Source of the DNA: Candidatus Bathyarchaeota archaeon | GTDB taxonomy: Archaea > Thermoproteota > Bathyarchaeia > TCS64 | Length of the DNA stretch: 64,000 bases | Direction of reading: 5' to 3' | Assembly: GCA_026014815.1 (NCBI GenBank) | Contig: JAOZHP010000140.1 | Location: 17,437 to 81,436 of the forward strand | In this document: piece after piece, positions 1 to 9,863 of the stretch | Position numbering within the stretch: the first letter of the stretch is position 1 | Layout: each line of letters opens with the position of its first letter | Translations under genes and position numbers: made by a program | The notes under the pieces: model-generated | Told to the model about the DNA's origin: nothing | The model's database searches: none | The model's input: the letters and a program-made list of their open reading frames with translations, nothing else

Positions 1-518
1 GTAGATACCTAAACGTCATAAGTACAAAAATCGCTTGGGGTTATCCACTCCGTCAAATATATGACGAGTTCGCTGCCAAAATCAAGAACTGGTTAGCACT
101 TGTGAATATCTATCTACTAATCGACACGATTGAGGTGGGAGGCGGCACAGAGCAGAGCATAGAGAGCCTCGCTGAGTTCAGCGAATCCACAAAGCAGCTT
201 GAAGCCGAAAAGAGAGCTGTACTCATGCCCTTGATTATCGTTCCCTACATCGGTGCAGCGCTATTAACGGGTACCACTGTGATGTTCCTGAGCTTCTTTA
301 CTAGCTCTGATCTTGGTATAAGCATCCCCTACAAGATGTTATTAAAAACTCTACTTACACCCCTAGCCTTGCACTCGTTTACTTTAGGTCTGGTTACAGG
401 AAAGATCGTGTCTGGTAGAGTCTCAGCGGGTTTCAAACACGCGATACTTCTATGTCTGGTATCGCTTGGAGGGATTTGGGCAGTCTCAAACATGAGCATG
501 GGAGGAGGTCTCATATGA
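1..518 (+). CDS. C-terminal fragment of a polytopic membrane protein, possibly a TadC/FlaJ-like pilus assembly platform protein. The ORF is open to the window start.
   Basis: The reading frame is open from nt 3 with no stop. There are several hydrophobic helices. It lies immediately upstream of, and overlaps (ATGA), the first pilin gene. The TadC/FlaJ assignment rests on gene context only. Confidence 0.3.
   Translation, partial: RYLNVISTKIAWGYPLRQIYDEFAAKIKNWLALVNIYLLIDTIEVGGGTEQSIESLAEFSESTKQLEAEKRAVLMPLIIVPYIGAALLTGTTVMFLSFFTSSDLGISIPYKMLLKTLLTPLALHSFTLGLVTGKIVSGRVSAGFKHAILLCLVSLGGIWAVSNMSMGGGLI
501..509 (+). promoter_or_regulatory. Shine-Dalgarno-like GGAGGAGGT 5-13 nt upstream of the pilin ATG at 515
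   Basis: GGAGGAGGT is read directly at 501-509. Confidence 0.5.
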
Positions 519-961
519 GAAGAGGATACTCCGATATAGTCTCCTCTCTGATCTTGACTACAATAGTGATTACTATTGGGGTGAGTGCGTGGGGATACGC
601 TCAAAGTACATCCTCAGTAATGAGTACCAATTACTTTGACGAGGTTTCTGACTCAGTGTACAGGATCCAAGAACGATTCTTTGTAGAAAGCATTGCTGTA
701 AACATCTCCTCAGCACCATCGGTAAGCGTCTGGGTCACTAATTATGGAAGGGTACATGTGAATATTACCTGTATAAAAATTTCAGGCAGAGGTAACAATA
801 CTTACTATTACCCAACAAACGGATACGAATTAGCGACTGGAACCACTGCTAGATTTGATTTAAACCCAGGTACAGTTCCAGTAAGAACCGGAACAACAAT
901 TGCAATTAAAGTTGTAAGCGTGAGGGAGAACGAAGTCTATGCAAAAGAAAGGATACCGTAA
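515..961 (+). CDS. Archaeal type IV pilin-like protein (class III signal peptide)
   Basis: The N-terminus is MRRGYSDIVSSLILTTIVITIG: a basic stretch followed by a hydrophobic helix, typical of a prepilin-peptidase substrate. A strong RBS lies upstream. The ORF track extends to 452, but that part overlaps the upstream gene. Confidence 0.55.
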   Translation: MRRGYSDIVSSLILTTIVITIGVSAWGYAQSTSSVMSTNYFDEVSDSVYRIQERFFVESIAVNISSAPSVSVWVTNYGRVHVNITCIKISGRGNNTYYYPTNGYELATGTTARFDLNPGTVPVRTGTTIAIKVVSVRENEVYAKERIP

Positions 962-1730
962 TAAGAAAAGGAAAGGCGTAGCCTCAGCCATAGGCATCTT
1001 GTTCATGGTTGGGATACTGATGACATCAGTGCTTCCCATGTTCATGTACGTGAACCAAGTCAACAACTATTACGACACTACAGTTGTAGAAATGAAAACC
1101 GCTGACGACGAGAAAAGCATGGAGAACTTAGAAGTCCTTGCATTTGGTAGTAACGAGACTGCGATTGATGTTTTCATTATCAATAGGTCTCCTTTACCAG
1201 TTAACGTTTCTAGGCTATGGGTGACGCGTACCGATCTTCAGTATGTATGGATTTTTGATTCTACAAACTTACCCGAGCTGCCAAAGGAGATCGGTGCCTC
1301 TGAGCAGGTTACAATTGGAGATTTAGATTTTACAGATGTTCTCAACAATAATACGTTGAAGAGCTTCAAGATCGATGTCGTAACTGACAGAGGGAACAAG
1401 TTCTCATCTCAAACCAATCCATTAACAAGTAGTAGTGGTGCATGGCAAACAGGAACTATGGAATTTCATATCCAGGTAATTGTTCTCTCAACGCAGGGTC
1501 AGGACCGTTATATGATAGAAATTGATGGTATATACAACACAACCCACTATGACTTTGTGGACTCGGCAACAATTCAAGGCCAGTTCTTCTGCGTATTTAC
1601 TGTACCAGAGTCAGGTAATTACAATGTCACAGTTACTAACATCAAAGGAGGTAGCACTCTTGTGGGATACGAGGAAGTTATACTCACATATATCTACCCT
1701 AACACTTACTGCCAGTTCGACGACAGATAG
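939..1730 (+). CDS. Second type IV pilin-like protein (class III signal peptide)
   Basis: The N-terminus KKRKGVASAIGILFMVGILMTSV has a basic motif followed by a hydrophobic helix. It overlaps the end of the preceding pilin gene, which suggests an operon. Confidence 0.5.
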   Translation: MQKKGYRNKKRKGVASAIGILFMVGILMTSVLPMFMYVNQVNNYYDTTVVEMKTADDEKSMENLEVLAFGSNETAIDVFIINRSPLPVNVSRLWVTRTDLQYVWIFDSTNLPELPKEIGASEQVTIGDLDFTDVLNNNTLKSFKIDVVTDRGNKFSSQTNPLTSSSGAWQTGTMEFHIQVIVLSTQGQDRYMIEIDGIYNTTHYDFVDSATIQGQFFCVFTVPESGNYNVTVTNIKGGSTLVGYEEVILTYIYPNTYCQFDDR

Positions 1731-2005
1731 AGTGATTCATCGAGTAGTAGATAGTGTCGTGATAGGTTTTACAGAACAAGAGTTTTGATTCATAATCTCT
1801 TTATAAAATCCGAAGAAGGTGCTAACCAATTCCAAGGACCGCAAGATGATGGCAATACCTCTAGGTTGCACAAATGAAGGAAGGTTATACATTCCTCATT
1901 CGCTTCGCTTAAAGACTAGCTTTAATAATAAACCGAAACATAATCCCAGTGACATCCATGATAAGGATGTAAAGTCTGTGTGGGAAATTAAAAGCGGGAA
2001 TTAGC

Positions 2006-4015
2006 ATGAAAACCAAATATTTACTAAAAGTCTGTTTGTTAAGCGCAATATTAGTTTGTGTAAGCCAAGTAATTAATGCTTCATACGCTGCCTCATCACT
2101 CGATTACCCAATCAACCAGACAAAGATCGATCAAGGTATTATCGGCGTAGGAGAAAGCCGGGACTACACGTTTTGGCTTGAAGAGGGAAGAAAGTACCAT
2201 ATTTTCCTCGTTGGGGATTGGGTAGAAAGCAACATATCCAGAACAGATTACGATATTACATATTTTGACACTCTAAGCGGACAGACGAGAAGTCACACAG
2301 AAGCAGCTGCTCTACCGGAGCAGATCTGGAACGATGATGAAGGCAAGTATTACTTATCAAGCTATACAGGAGCCCACACATTCACCATTTGGAATGACAT
2401 CCAAGATGGTAGTGAAGATAGATCAGCGGTCTTAATGGCGATAGAGCATATTGAAACTGATCAGATATTTACAAAATATTTCAAAAGCAGAAGTGACCCA
2501 GGAGATAAGTATGAATGGTCATATTACAATCCCTGGGGTTGGGAGTTCGAAACTAAAGCAAAGGAATTTGAGGTATACGTAATCGTGCCTGACAGCCTTG
2601 ACATGTTTGAGTTACGGTTATATCCAATGGCTAAACCCTCAGCGGGTATTGGATACAATCTTACTGGCGTCGGTACTCCATCGGGTAGTATGTTTTGGTT
2701 TAAAGACTCACCCGGTCAATGGAGTACTTTCGGTGGTTATAACTTGGACCCTGATATCGGATTTAGGAATTTAATTGCTAGCTGTGAGTATCCCGGGGAG
2801 GATATGAAGATCCGTTATGGTTCTGGTGGAGACTCTGATAATCCTTTTGATGATTCACCTACAATTTATTACATGGTGATGATAGCTGAGTTATTTGAAG
2901 GGGAGGTAGAGTTCTTCATTAAGACTGATTTCACTGAACCAACAATTACAGACGTGAACCAAGTCGTTGTAGGCGAATCAGGCTCAACCACCGAGCTAGC
3001 CATCGAAGTGGACTCTAAGTCAGAGATAAAGGAAGCCTATATCGAATACTCGACCGATGGCTGGGAAAGCAAAGAAGTTGCATCTTTGCGTTTAAGAGAC
3101 GGGGAATATCGAGGAAACATTCCGCCTTTTGATCTTCACACCCAAGTTGATTACAGGGTTATCATCAAGGATGTTGTGAATAACGTCGGCACTCTTAGGG
3201 GAGAATACGAGGTTCTTGACCCGGTTTCAATCACTTTCGGTTTAGCCCCGATTAACTCTGTTGGCGGAAACACTATAATCGTGGAAGGAGACTGCTCGAT
3301 TCCCAATGCCCTCGTTGACTTGAATATCATTCACAGTCAATTCACTGAGGATATTACGATCCAGACAGATTCAAATGGGGAGTTCAGTTATGATTACTCA
3401 CCGGTTAGAGATGGCTCATACTCTGCATCCGTAAGTTACAGTGGGGACGAAGACCATCCATCCGTTACATCATCCTCGAAAACATTCAACGTAGCAAAGC
3501 AAGAGTATGATGTTGATATTAATCTGGAAACACCTGTAAAGCTGGAACGTCCTCTTGTTGTTAGTGGCAGGATCAGCCCTGCTCATCCCGGTGTGAGTCT
3601 TGACTTGATTTTCGTGTCACCTACAGGGAACCTGTTAGAGAGCGTAGTTACATCGCCCACTGGAAGTTTCACTGCCACAATTGTAACTGAGGAGCTTGGC
3701 CGTTGGGAGTTATTGCCTCAGGTAAAGGGAACTAGCCTGATTCAATATTCAACTGGTGAGATAATTGGTTTCGATGTAATTCCTCTAACAATAGTAGAAA
3801 AGGCAATTGAGTTCCTTATATCGTTGACAAAGCCTCCTCTCGTGATGATTCCTGTGAGCCTTGTGTTTGTCGGTATCGGCGGCTTCGAGGTGAAGACGGG
3901 TTATATCCGGAGCAAGATTAAAAGGAAAGACTCGGAGGAGGAGGCTCAAGACGAGGCAGTGGAGGAAGAAGAGCCTGATGACCCGACTAGTTACAGGCGG
4001 AGAAACTCCAGATAG
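2006..4015 (+). CDS. Large secreted cell-surface protein (669 aa) with a Sec signal peptide, beta-rich repeats, and a C-terminal TM anchor plus charged tail
   Basis: Signal peptide: MKTKYLLKVCLLSAILVCVSQVINASYA. C-terminus: PLVMIPVSLVFVGIGGFEV (TM helix), then a K/R-rich stretch and an E/D-rich tail. It follows the pilin genes. Confidence 0.5.
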   Translation: MKTKYLLKVCLLSAILVCVSQVINASYAASSLDYPINQTKIDQGIIGVGESRDYTFWLEEGRKYHIFLVGDWVESNISRTDYDITYFDTLSGQTRSHTEAAALPEQIWNDDEGKYYLSSYTGAHTFTIWNDIQDGSEDRSAVLMAIEHIETDQIFTKYFKSRSDPGDKYEWSYYNPWGWEFETKAKEFEVYVIVPDSLDMFELRLYPMAKPSAGIGYNLTGVGTPSGSMFWFKDSPGQWSTFGGYNLDPDIGFRNLIASCEYPGEDMKIRYGSGGDSDNPFDDSPTIYYMVMIAELFEGEVEFFIKTDFTEPTITDVNQVVVGESGSTTELAIEVDSKSEIKEAYIEYSTDGWESKEVASLRLRDGEYRGNIPPFDLHTQVDYRVIIKDVVNNVGTLRGEYEVLDPVSITFGLAPINSVGGNTIIVEGDCSIPNALVDLNIIHSQFTEDITIQTDSNGEFSYDYSPVRDGSYSASVSYSGDEDHPSVTSSSKTFNVAKQEYDVDINLETPVKLERPLVVSGRISPAHPGVSLDLIFVSPTGNLLESVVTSPTGSFTATIVTEELGRWELLPQVKGTSLIQYSTGEIIGFDVIPLTIVEKAIEFLISLTKPPLVMIPVSLVFVGIGGFEVKTGYIRSKIKRKDSEEEAQDEAVEEEEPDDPTSYRRRNSR

Positions 4016-4019
4016 ATTT

Positions 4020-4892
4020 CTATATGAACGAGTCAGCGAGGCTAAGGCTGTCCTCAAGGCTCAGTTCCCAGTCCACTGCACCCATTAATTCTAGGATGTG
4101 GATTGGGTTGCTGCTTTTAGGGATAGCCACAACGTTCTCCTGTGCGATTAGCCAGTTTAGGGCTACCTGTGCAGGGCTCTTTTGATACTTTTCTGCTATC
4201 TGGTCGAGCACCGTGCTTCCTTTTCTTGCAAGCCGACCTTTCGCTAGGGGGCTATAGGCGATAAGCGTCGAGTCGTTATCTCCGATATAGGGTAGTAGGT
4301 CGTGTCTGGGTTTCTGGTCCATAAGGCTGTATTCTACTTGGTTGGCTACGAGATGATGCTCTTTTAGGTAGCATTGTGCCTGATGCATGAGGCTGCAGTC
4401 GAAGTTGCTTACCCCTATGTATCTAGTGAACCCTTCCTCTGCACAGTGTTCGAGGGCGCTCATGGTCTCTTCAAGGGGTATCTCTCTGTTGGGCCAGTGG
4501 ATGAGGAGAAGGTCGACGTAGTCAAGGTTGAGCCTTTTTAGACTCTGTCTAGTACTTTTAATAAAGTCGTCAAAGTGGAGGTTGGTTCTCCAGACCTTGG
4601 TGGTGATGAATAGCTCATCCCTATTGTATGGCTCGATGGCTTCACCTACGAGTTCCTCGGCGTGGCCAGCGCCATAGTACTCCGCTGTGTCGATGTGGGT
4701 GATGCCTAGCTCGATGGCCATTCTAATGGCGGTGATATTTTCTTTGTCCCAGCGGTGGTCTTCGATCTGTCTGCCTCCCATGCCCCATGTCCCGAGGCCG
4801 ATGACAGGGATGACGACGCCTGGCGCGATTTCGTGTTGAGACATCATGATATCTGAAAAAGTGTTGTTTGAAGAAAAAAGGTGTTGGGTCAC
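4020..4892 (-). CDS. Aldo/keto reductase family oxidoreductase
   Basis: GLGTWGMGG near the N-terminus and ITHIDTAEYYG, both AKR signature motifs. Confidence 0.8.
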   Translation of the reverse strand: MTQHLFSSNNTFSDIMMSQHEIAPGVVIPVIGLGTWGMGGRQIEDHRWDKENITAIRMAIELGITHIDTAEYYGAGHAEELVGEAIEPYNRDELFITTKVWRTNLHFDDFIKSTRQSLKRLNLDYVDLLLIHWPNREIPLEETMSALEHCAEEGFTRYIGVSNFDCSLMHQAQCYLKEHHLVANQVEYSLMDQKPRHDLLPYIGDNDSTLIAYSPLAKGRLARKGSTVLDQIAEKYQKSPAQVALNWLIAQENVVAIPKSSNPIHILELMGAVDWELSLEDSLSLADSFI

Positions 4893-6187
4893 TCAACAAG
4901 TTTATGCATAAACTCGGTATACTCGTCACGCTTTATGGTGGGCTTGAAGCTCTCGATGATTTCCTTGGCGGGTTTGGCATCCCCGTAAAGAAGATCGACG
5001 ACAGTTACGGCGATTGCTTTCGCTGGGACGATGTACTGTTTCACAGGGTCAGTGATCTTGAAATATCGGCTGTGGCCCGCTCCCTCCGTGCCGCTCATCC
5101 CGATGCTGGTTGTGGGCATGATACAGCTAAAGTCACCCATATCGGTGCTGCCTGTGCTGTGACCTCTGTGCTTGATCTCCTTCTCGCCAACATACTCGGT
5201 GCAAGCCCCTATGAGCACCTTCTCCAAGTTCTCGTTTCTTGTGTATGGCATGTACCCTGGGTGGTCATGGATCTCCACCTCAGCGCCAACAGCCATTGCG
5301 CCTGCCCTAAGAGCTCTGTTAACTTTCTTGTTGGCCTCCTGGATGGCTTCCACTGTTTTGCCTCGGACGTAACTCTCCATCCTGACATCGGCTGGTACGT
5401 TGTTGACTATCTCACCGCCCTTGGTGATGATGGGGTGGACTCTGATGTGGTCCTCGTCTCGGAATGTTTCACGGTTAGCGTGGATACCCATCAGCCCAAC
5501 CATGGCGGCGTTTAGGGCGTTGATGCCTTTGTGAGGTGAACCACCCGCGTGTGCCTCCTTGCCTATGTAGTGGACGAGTTTGCCAATGAAACCGTTGTTG
5601 CTTCCACCTACTCCTACTAGCTCCTCCTGATCCATGGCGCTGTGGCTGCCTATGCAGATGTCGATGTCCTTCATGGCTCCGAGGCGGATGAACTCCTGTT
5701 TTCCCCCGAAGAACTCCAGTTTACCTTCCTCACGGAGCCTGTTCCTGTAATCGATCTCTATATACTCCTCAGCTGGGACTGAGACCATCACCACATCACC
5801 CGCCAGATGCTCCTTGACCACTTCGAGACCCATACAGGCGCCGAGTGTGGCTGCCATCTGGCTGTGGTGCCCGCAGGCGTGGACGTTCCCTGATACAGGG
5901 TGTGCTTCAGGGTGGACTGGTATGTGGAGGGCATCCAGTTCACCGACGATGCCTACGGTGGGTCCAGTTCTGTCTCCTTTGAGGTGAGCTTTGCTACCTG
6001 TTATGGCTATCTCTTTCTCGTGCTTCCAGCCCATCTCCTCGTATTTCTTTTCGGTGAGTTCAGCTGTCTTGAACTCCTTGAAGCCTAGTTCTGGATACCT
6101 CCAGATCGTCTCGGCGTATACTATTATCTCGTCTGCCTTTCGGTCGATCTCGGCGAGAACCTTCTTTTTGAGCGCAGCTTTGTCCAT
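4889..6187 (-). CDS. M20D-family amidohydrolase (aminoacylase / hippurate hydrolase type), full length
   Basis: HACGHH motif, VSVPAEE (catalytic/metal Glu-Glu), and a lid-domain segment HAGGSPHKGINAL...GGEIVNNVPADV. Confidence 0.8.
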   Translation of the reverse strand: MDKAALKKKVLAEIDRKADEIIVYAETIWRYPELGFKEFKTAELTEKKYEEMGWKHEKEIAITGSKAHLKGDRTGPTVGIVGELDALHIPVHPEAHPVSGNVHACGHHSQMAATLGACMGLEVVKEHLAGDVVMVSVPAEEYIEIDYRNRLREEGKLEFFGGKQEFIRLGAMKDIDICIGSHSAMDQEELVGVGGSNNGFIGKLVHYIGKEAHAGGSPHKGINALNAAMVGLMGIHANRETFRDEDHIRVHPIITKGGEIVNNVPADVRMESYVRGKTVEAIQEANKKVNRALRAGAMAVGAEVEIHDHPGYMPYTRNENLEKVLIGACTEYVGEKEIKHRGHSTGSTDMGDFSCIMPTTSIGMSGTEGAGHSRYFKITDPVKQYIVPAKAIAVTVVDLLYGDAKPAKEIIESFKPTIKRDEYTEFMHKLVE

Positions 6188-6238
6188 ATGATATCGATAT
6201 AAGCACGGGGTTACGTGGATTTAAGACAAATGTTGAGG

Positions 6239-6766
6239 CTAGGAGATGCGGTCCTTGACCATCTGGTACAGTTTCTCCCCTGAGTAGCCACCAAACACTA
6301 CTCCTGAGATAAATGAGAGGGCGTACATCAGAGCGTAAACGCTCAAAGGGAACGGTCTCCCAAGGAAGAACTGTACGAATACTACGTTACTTGCTGCTGA
6401 TAATCCACATCCCAGAAGGATCGAGGTTGAGCTATACCCCATCACATAGAGTACAAGGTCGATGATGGCTCCCTGTAATGTGCTCATGACGATTACGGTT
6501 ATACCGTGGAAACTGAATAGCGTGGCCTCGACCAGCCCCTTTATAGCTCCTGTCATCGTTGCGGCTCCTGGTTTCTTGATGTATAGTGCTGATAGTATGA
6601 TCATGATGAGATGAAGCCCAGCTAGTATCTGCCCGGTCCCAAATGGTAGTATAGGTATAGTTTTGAGGTAGTTGCCAAGGTGGCCTATAGGTACGCTGGC
6701 TATGGCGCCTAATGCACTGAATACGATTAATAAAGAAAGTTGTCTTGTGGTGAATCTGGAGTGCAT
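6239..6766 (-). CDS. Small polytopic membrane protein, possibly an ECF-transporter S-component
   Basis: 175 aa with 5-6 predicted TM helices, sitting between the two M20D paralogues. The S-component call is based on size and topology only. Confidence 0.35.
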   Translation of the reverse strand: MHSRFTTRQLSLLIVFSALGAIASVPIGHLGNYLKTIPILPFGTGQILAGLHLIMIILSALYIKKPGAATMTGAIKGLVEATLFSFHGITVIVMSTLQGAIIDLVLYVMGYSSTSILLGCGLSAASNVVFVQFFLGRPFPLSVYALMYALSFISGVVFGGYSGEKLYQMVKDRIS

Positions 6767-6805
6767 TGGCTCAAAAATTGGGTAAGGCTATTTGAATCTT
6801 TTTCC

Positions 6806-7765
6806 TCACTCGACCAGTTTGTGCATGAATTCCGTGTACTCATTTCTAGGAATCACAGGCACGAACCGGTCATTGATCTCATTGGCTTTCATGGCTCCAG
6901 CATATAGGAGGTCTATGACGGTTATAGCCAATGCTTTAGCGGGCAGCACGTACAGATCCATCTTGTTCACTACTTGGAATGTTCGGTGATGGTGGCTTCC
7001 AGTGATGCCTCCCATCTCTAGGTTTGTGGTGGGGTGAACGCAGCTGAAGTCCCCCATGTCTGTGCTTCCGCAGCTGTGCCCTCCTATGGCTACTTGGTCC
7101 GTTAGTTGGAGACAGTTCTCCCTTAGAACCTCGTCCAGCAGAGGGTCTCTTTGGTAGGGCATGTAACCAGGAACGTCGATGATCACTACCTCAGCGCCAA
7201 CAGCCATTGTGCCTGCTCTTAACGCGTTGTTTACCTTCCTGTTGACGCCTTGAATAGCTGGCACGTTTGCGCCTCTTACGAAGCTCTCCATATGTACGTC
7301 AGCGGGTACGTTGTTGACTATCTCGCCTCCCTTGGTGAGGATGGGATGGAACCTGATGTGGTCCTCGTCTCGGAATGTTTCACGGTTAGCGTGTGCCCCC
7401 ATGATGCCCAGCATAGCGGTTACTTGGGCATGGTGACCGCATGCATGAACCCAACCCGTCTTGGGGTCCGCTTCTGGGTGTGTCGGTATGTCGAGGCTGT
7501 CCAGCTCACCCACGACGGCTACGGTGGGCCTTGATCCTTTCCCCTTCAGGTATACTTTGCTTCCTGTGAGTCCAAGCTTGTTCTCGTAGTACCATCCCAT
7601 CTTCTCGTACTGGGCTTCTACGTACTCAGCGGTCTTGTACTCCCTGTACCCGACTTCAGGTATCTTCCACAGGTCGTTTCCTATCTTAATAATTTCCTTT
7701 GCGCGTCGATCAATTACCTCAATGACACGTTTTTTAAGTGCTTCTCTGGACATGCTCGGTGACAT
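6806..7765 (-). CDS. M20D-family amidohydrolase paralogue carrying an internal in-frame deletion of about 90 aa; likely inactive
   Basis: Long blocks are identical or near-identical to the 4889-6187 copy (HACGHH, HANRETFRDEDHIR, GGEIVNNVPADV, EYTEFMHKLVE), and a 41-nt stretch is identical at the DNA level. The PAEE...HAGGSP segment is missing. The probable start is MSPSMSREALKK; the ORF track extends to 7834. Confidence 0.7.
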   Translation of the reverse strand: MSPSMSREALKKRVIEVIDRRAKEIIKIGNDLWKIPEVGYREYKTAEYVEAQYEKMGWYYENKLGLTGSKVYLKGKGSRPTVAVVGELDSLDIPTHPEADPKTGWVHACGHHAQVTAMLGIMGAHANRETFRDEDHIRFHPILTKGGEIVNNVPADVHMESFVRGANVPAIQGVNRKVNNALRAGTMAVGAEVVIIDVPGYMPYQRDPLLDEVLRENCLQLTDQVAIGGHSCGSTDMGDFSCVHPTTNLEMGGITGSHHHRTFQVVNKMDLYVLPAKALAITVIDLLYAGAMKANEINDRFVPVIPRNEYTEFMHKLVE

Positions 7766-7849
7766 GTCCACTGTCCCTGATAACATTTCACATCCACGGA
7801 ACCAATATTTACCGGGCTGCTGATGAGAGATCATTGAGGCGTTTATGCG

Positions 7850-8992
7850 TTGAAGCTCCTAGAGTACGAAGCTAAGGATTATTTCAGGAAGTATGGAATT
7901 CCTACTCCTGAGGGCTGCATGATCACTGATCCAGTCCAAGCCAGGATGTTCATAGAGAAACTCGGTAAACCCATCGTCATCAAGGCTCAGCTACCAGTAG
8001 GTGGACGAGGAAAAGCAGGAGGCATTCAGTTCGCTGATACCCCCAATGAGGCAAAAAACATGGCAGCTCATATGCTTGGCAAACAGATCAAGGGGCTCAC
8101 CATCGAGAAGCTGTACGTAGAGGAGAAACTGGATATCGTCAACGAGATCTACCTCGGGGTCACGATAGACCGTAGAAACAAGTCTCACGTGATTCTTGCT
8201 AGCAGCGAGGGCGGCGTAGAGATCGAGGTGGTCGCCGAGGAGACCCCTGAGAAGATCATTAGACATCTCGTTGACCCGGTGAATGGTCTCAGGTCGTTTC
8301 ACGCCAACCTCATAGCTAAACGACTTGGTTTCAAGGGTAGAAAGATGAGGCAGTTCGCTGACTTTGTCATGAAGCTGTATTCGTTGGCCGATGAGATGGA
8401 TGCGGAGCTCACGGAGATCAATCCTCTGGCTGAGCTTGAAGACGGTTTCATCGCGGCGGATGCCCGACTCCTTGTAGATAACAACGCGTTGTTCAGACAC
8501 AAGGAACTGGAGGACAAGCTTCTCAGCAGCCTCCAAGGAGAACTTACCGAGCGTGAGATGGAGGCGAGGGCACAGGACCTCACATACGTTGAGCTTGACG
8601 GTGATATTGGGATCATTGGAAACGGAGCTGGTTTAACCATGGCAACCCTAGACACTGTAATGCTGTATGGTGGAAAGGCAGCTAACTTCCTTGACCTAGG
8701 GGGAGGCGCTACCCCTGAGAGAATAGAGAAGGCAGTCAAGTTCGTTCTGAGAGATACTAGAACCAAGGCTGTCTTCGTGAATGTCCTCGGCGGTATCACC
8801 AGAGGTGATCATACTGCTCAGGGTATCGTTGCGGCACGTCAGGAACTTGGAAGTGTGAAGCCCATCGTGGTAAGGATGGCGGGCACCAAGGAGAAAGAGG
8901 GAAGACGAATACTCAAGAAAGCAGGCATCGAAACCTTGGACAGCATGGAGGAAGGTGCTAAACTAGCGGTGAAGCTAGCGGAGGGGAGTTAA
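7850..8992 (+). CDS. sucC: Succinyl-CoA synthetase (ADP-forming) beta subunit
   Basis: The ATP-grasp N-terminus MKLLEYEAKDYF...GIPTP is typical of SucC. TTG start. The alpha subunit follows directly. Confidence 0.9.
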   Translation: MKLLEYEAKDYFRKYGIPTPEGCMITDPVQARMFIEKLGKPIVIKAQLPVGGRGKAGGIQFADTPNEAKNMAAHMLGKQIKGLTIEKLYVEEKLDIVNEIYLGVTIDRRNKSHVILASSEGGVEIEVVAEETPEKIIRHLVDPVNGLRSFHANLIAKRLGFKGRKMRQFADFVMKLYSLADEMDAELTEINPLAELEDGFIAADARLLVDNNALFRHKELEDKLLSSLQGELTEREMEARAQDLTYVELDGDIGIIGNGAGLTMATLDTVMLYGGKAANFLDLGGGATPERIEKAVKFVLRDTRTKAVFVNVLGGITRGDHTAQGIVAARQELGSVKPIVVRMAGTKEKEGRRILKKAGIETLDSMEEGAKLAVKLAEGS

Positions 8993-8993
8993 C

Positions 8994-9863
8994 ATGCCTA
9001 GGTTCATTGACAGGGACACCAGGGTCGTTGTGCAGGGAATCACAGGTAGCCAAGGAGAGTTCCACACCCGGCTCATGAAGGAGTATGGAACAAAGATAGT
9101 CGCAGGCGTCACCCCCGGGAGGGGAGGCATGGAGGAGGTAGGCATCCCTGTGTTTGACACCATAGTGGAGGCAAAGGAGAGTCACGAGATCGATGCTAGC
9201 ATCATCTTTGTACCAGCACCATACGCGCTGGACGCCGCGTTGGAGGCAGTAGAGGCTGAGCTGGACCCAGTTGTTGTGATCACGGAGGGAATTCCTGTAA
9301 GGGACAGTATACAACTTGTCGCTAGGGCGAAACTAAATGGAACTACAATTGTGGGTCCCAACACACCTGGACTCATCAAGGCAGGTGAATCCAAGATGGG
9401 CATCATGCCAGCTCAGGTATTCAAGAAAGGTGACGTTGGCATCATAAGCCGAAGCGGCACGTTGTTCTATGAGATAGCAGCTCACATCACGAGACTGGGT
9501 CTCGGAGAGTCAACATGTGTGGGGCTTGGAGGTGATCCTGTTGTTGGCCTTGAATTTATCGATGTGTTGAGGTGGTTCGAAGATGACCCTGAGACCAAGG
9601 CCGTGGCGTTGATAGGTGAGATCGGGGGTGACGCGGAGGAGCGCGCCGCCGAGTTCATCAGTGGAGGCGAGTTCACAAAGCCCATCGCTGCGTATATTGC
9701 AGGCAGGGCGGCGGTTCCAGGTAAACGGATGGGTCACGCTGGTGCGATAATTCAGGGTAGTAGCGGTTCAGCTGAGAGCAAAATTAATGCATTGAAAAAA
9801 GCGGGTGTGTCTGTCGGTGACTTGCCTGGTCAAGTGGCTGAGGCTCTACGGGAGCTTCTCTAG
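8994..9863 (+). CDS. sucD: Succinyl-CoA synthetase alpha subunit
   Basis: CoA-binding fold: RVVVQGITGSQG...SRSGTLFYE. A His-containing GHAGAII motif is present. Confidence 0.9.
   Translation: MPRFIDRDTRVVVQGITGSQGEFHTRLMKEYGTKIVAGVTPGRGGMEEVGIPVFDTIVEAKESHEIDASIIFVPAPYALDAALEAVEAELDPVVVITEGIPVRDSIQLVARAKLNGTTIVGPNTPGLIKAGESKMGIMPAQVFKKGDVGIISRSGTLFYEIAAHITRLGLGESTCVGLGGDPVVGLEFIDVLRWFEDDPETKAVALIGEIGGDAEERAAEFISGGEFTKPIAAYIAGRAAVPGKRMGHAGAIIQGSSGSAESKINALKKAGVSVGDLPGQVAEALRELL

Noticed and set aside
1819-2004. 61-aa ORF just upstream of the large surface-protein gene
   Set aside because: It has no motif, no RBS and an atypical composition. It is probably leader or promoter sequence, not a gene.
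7991-8799. Two long antisense ORFs (181 and 166 aa) inside sucC
   Set aside because: They lie entirely within the strongly supported sucC coding region. Their low-complexity Ser/Ala/Leu composition is typical of antisense frames.
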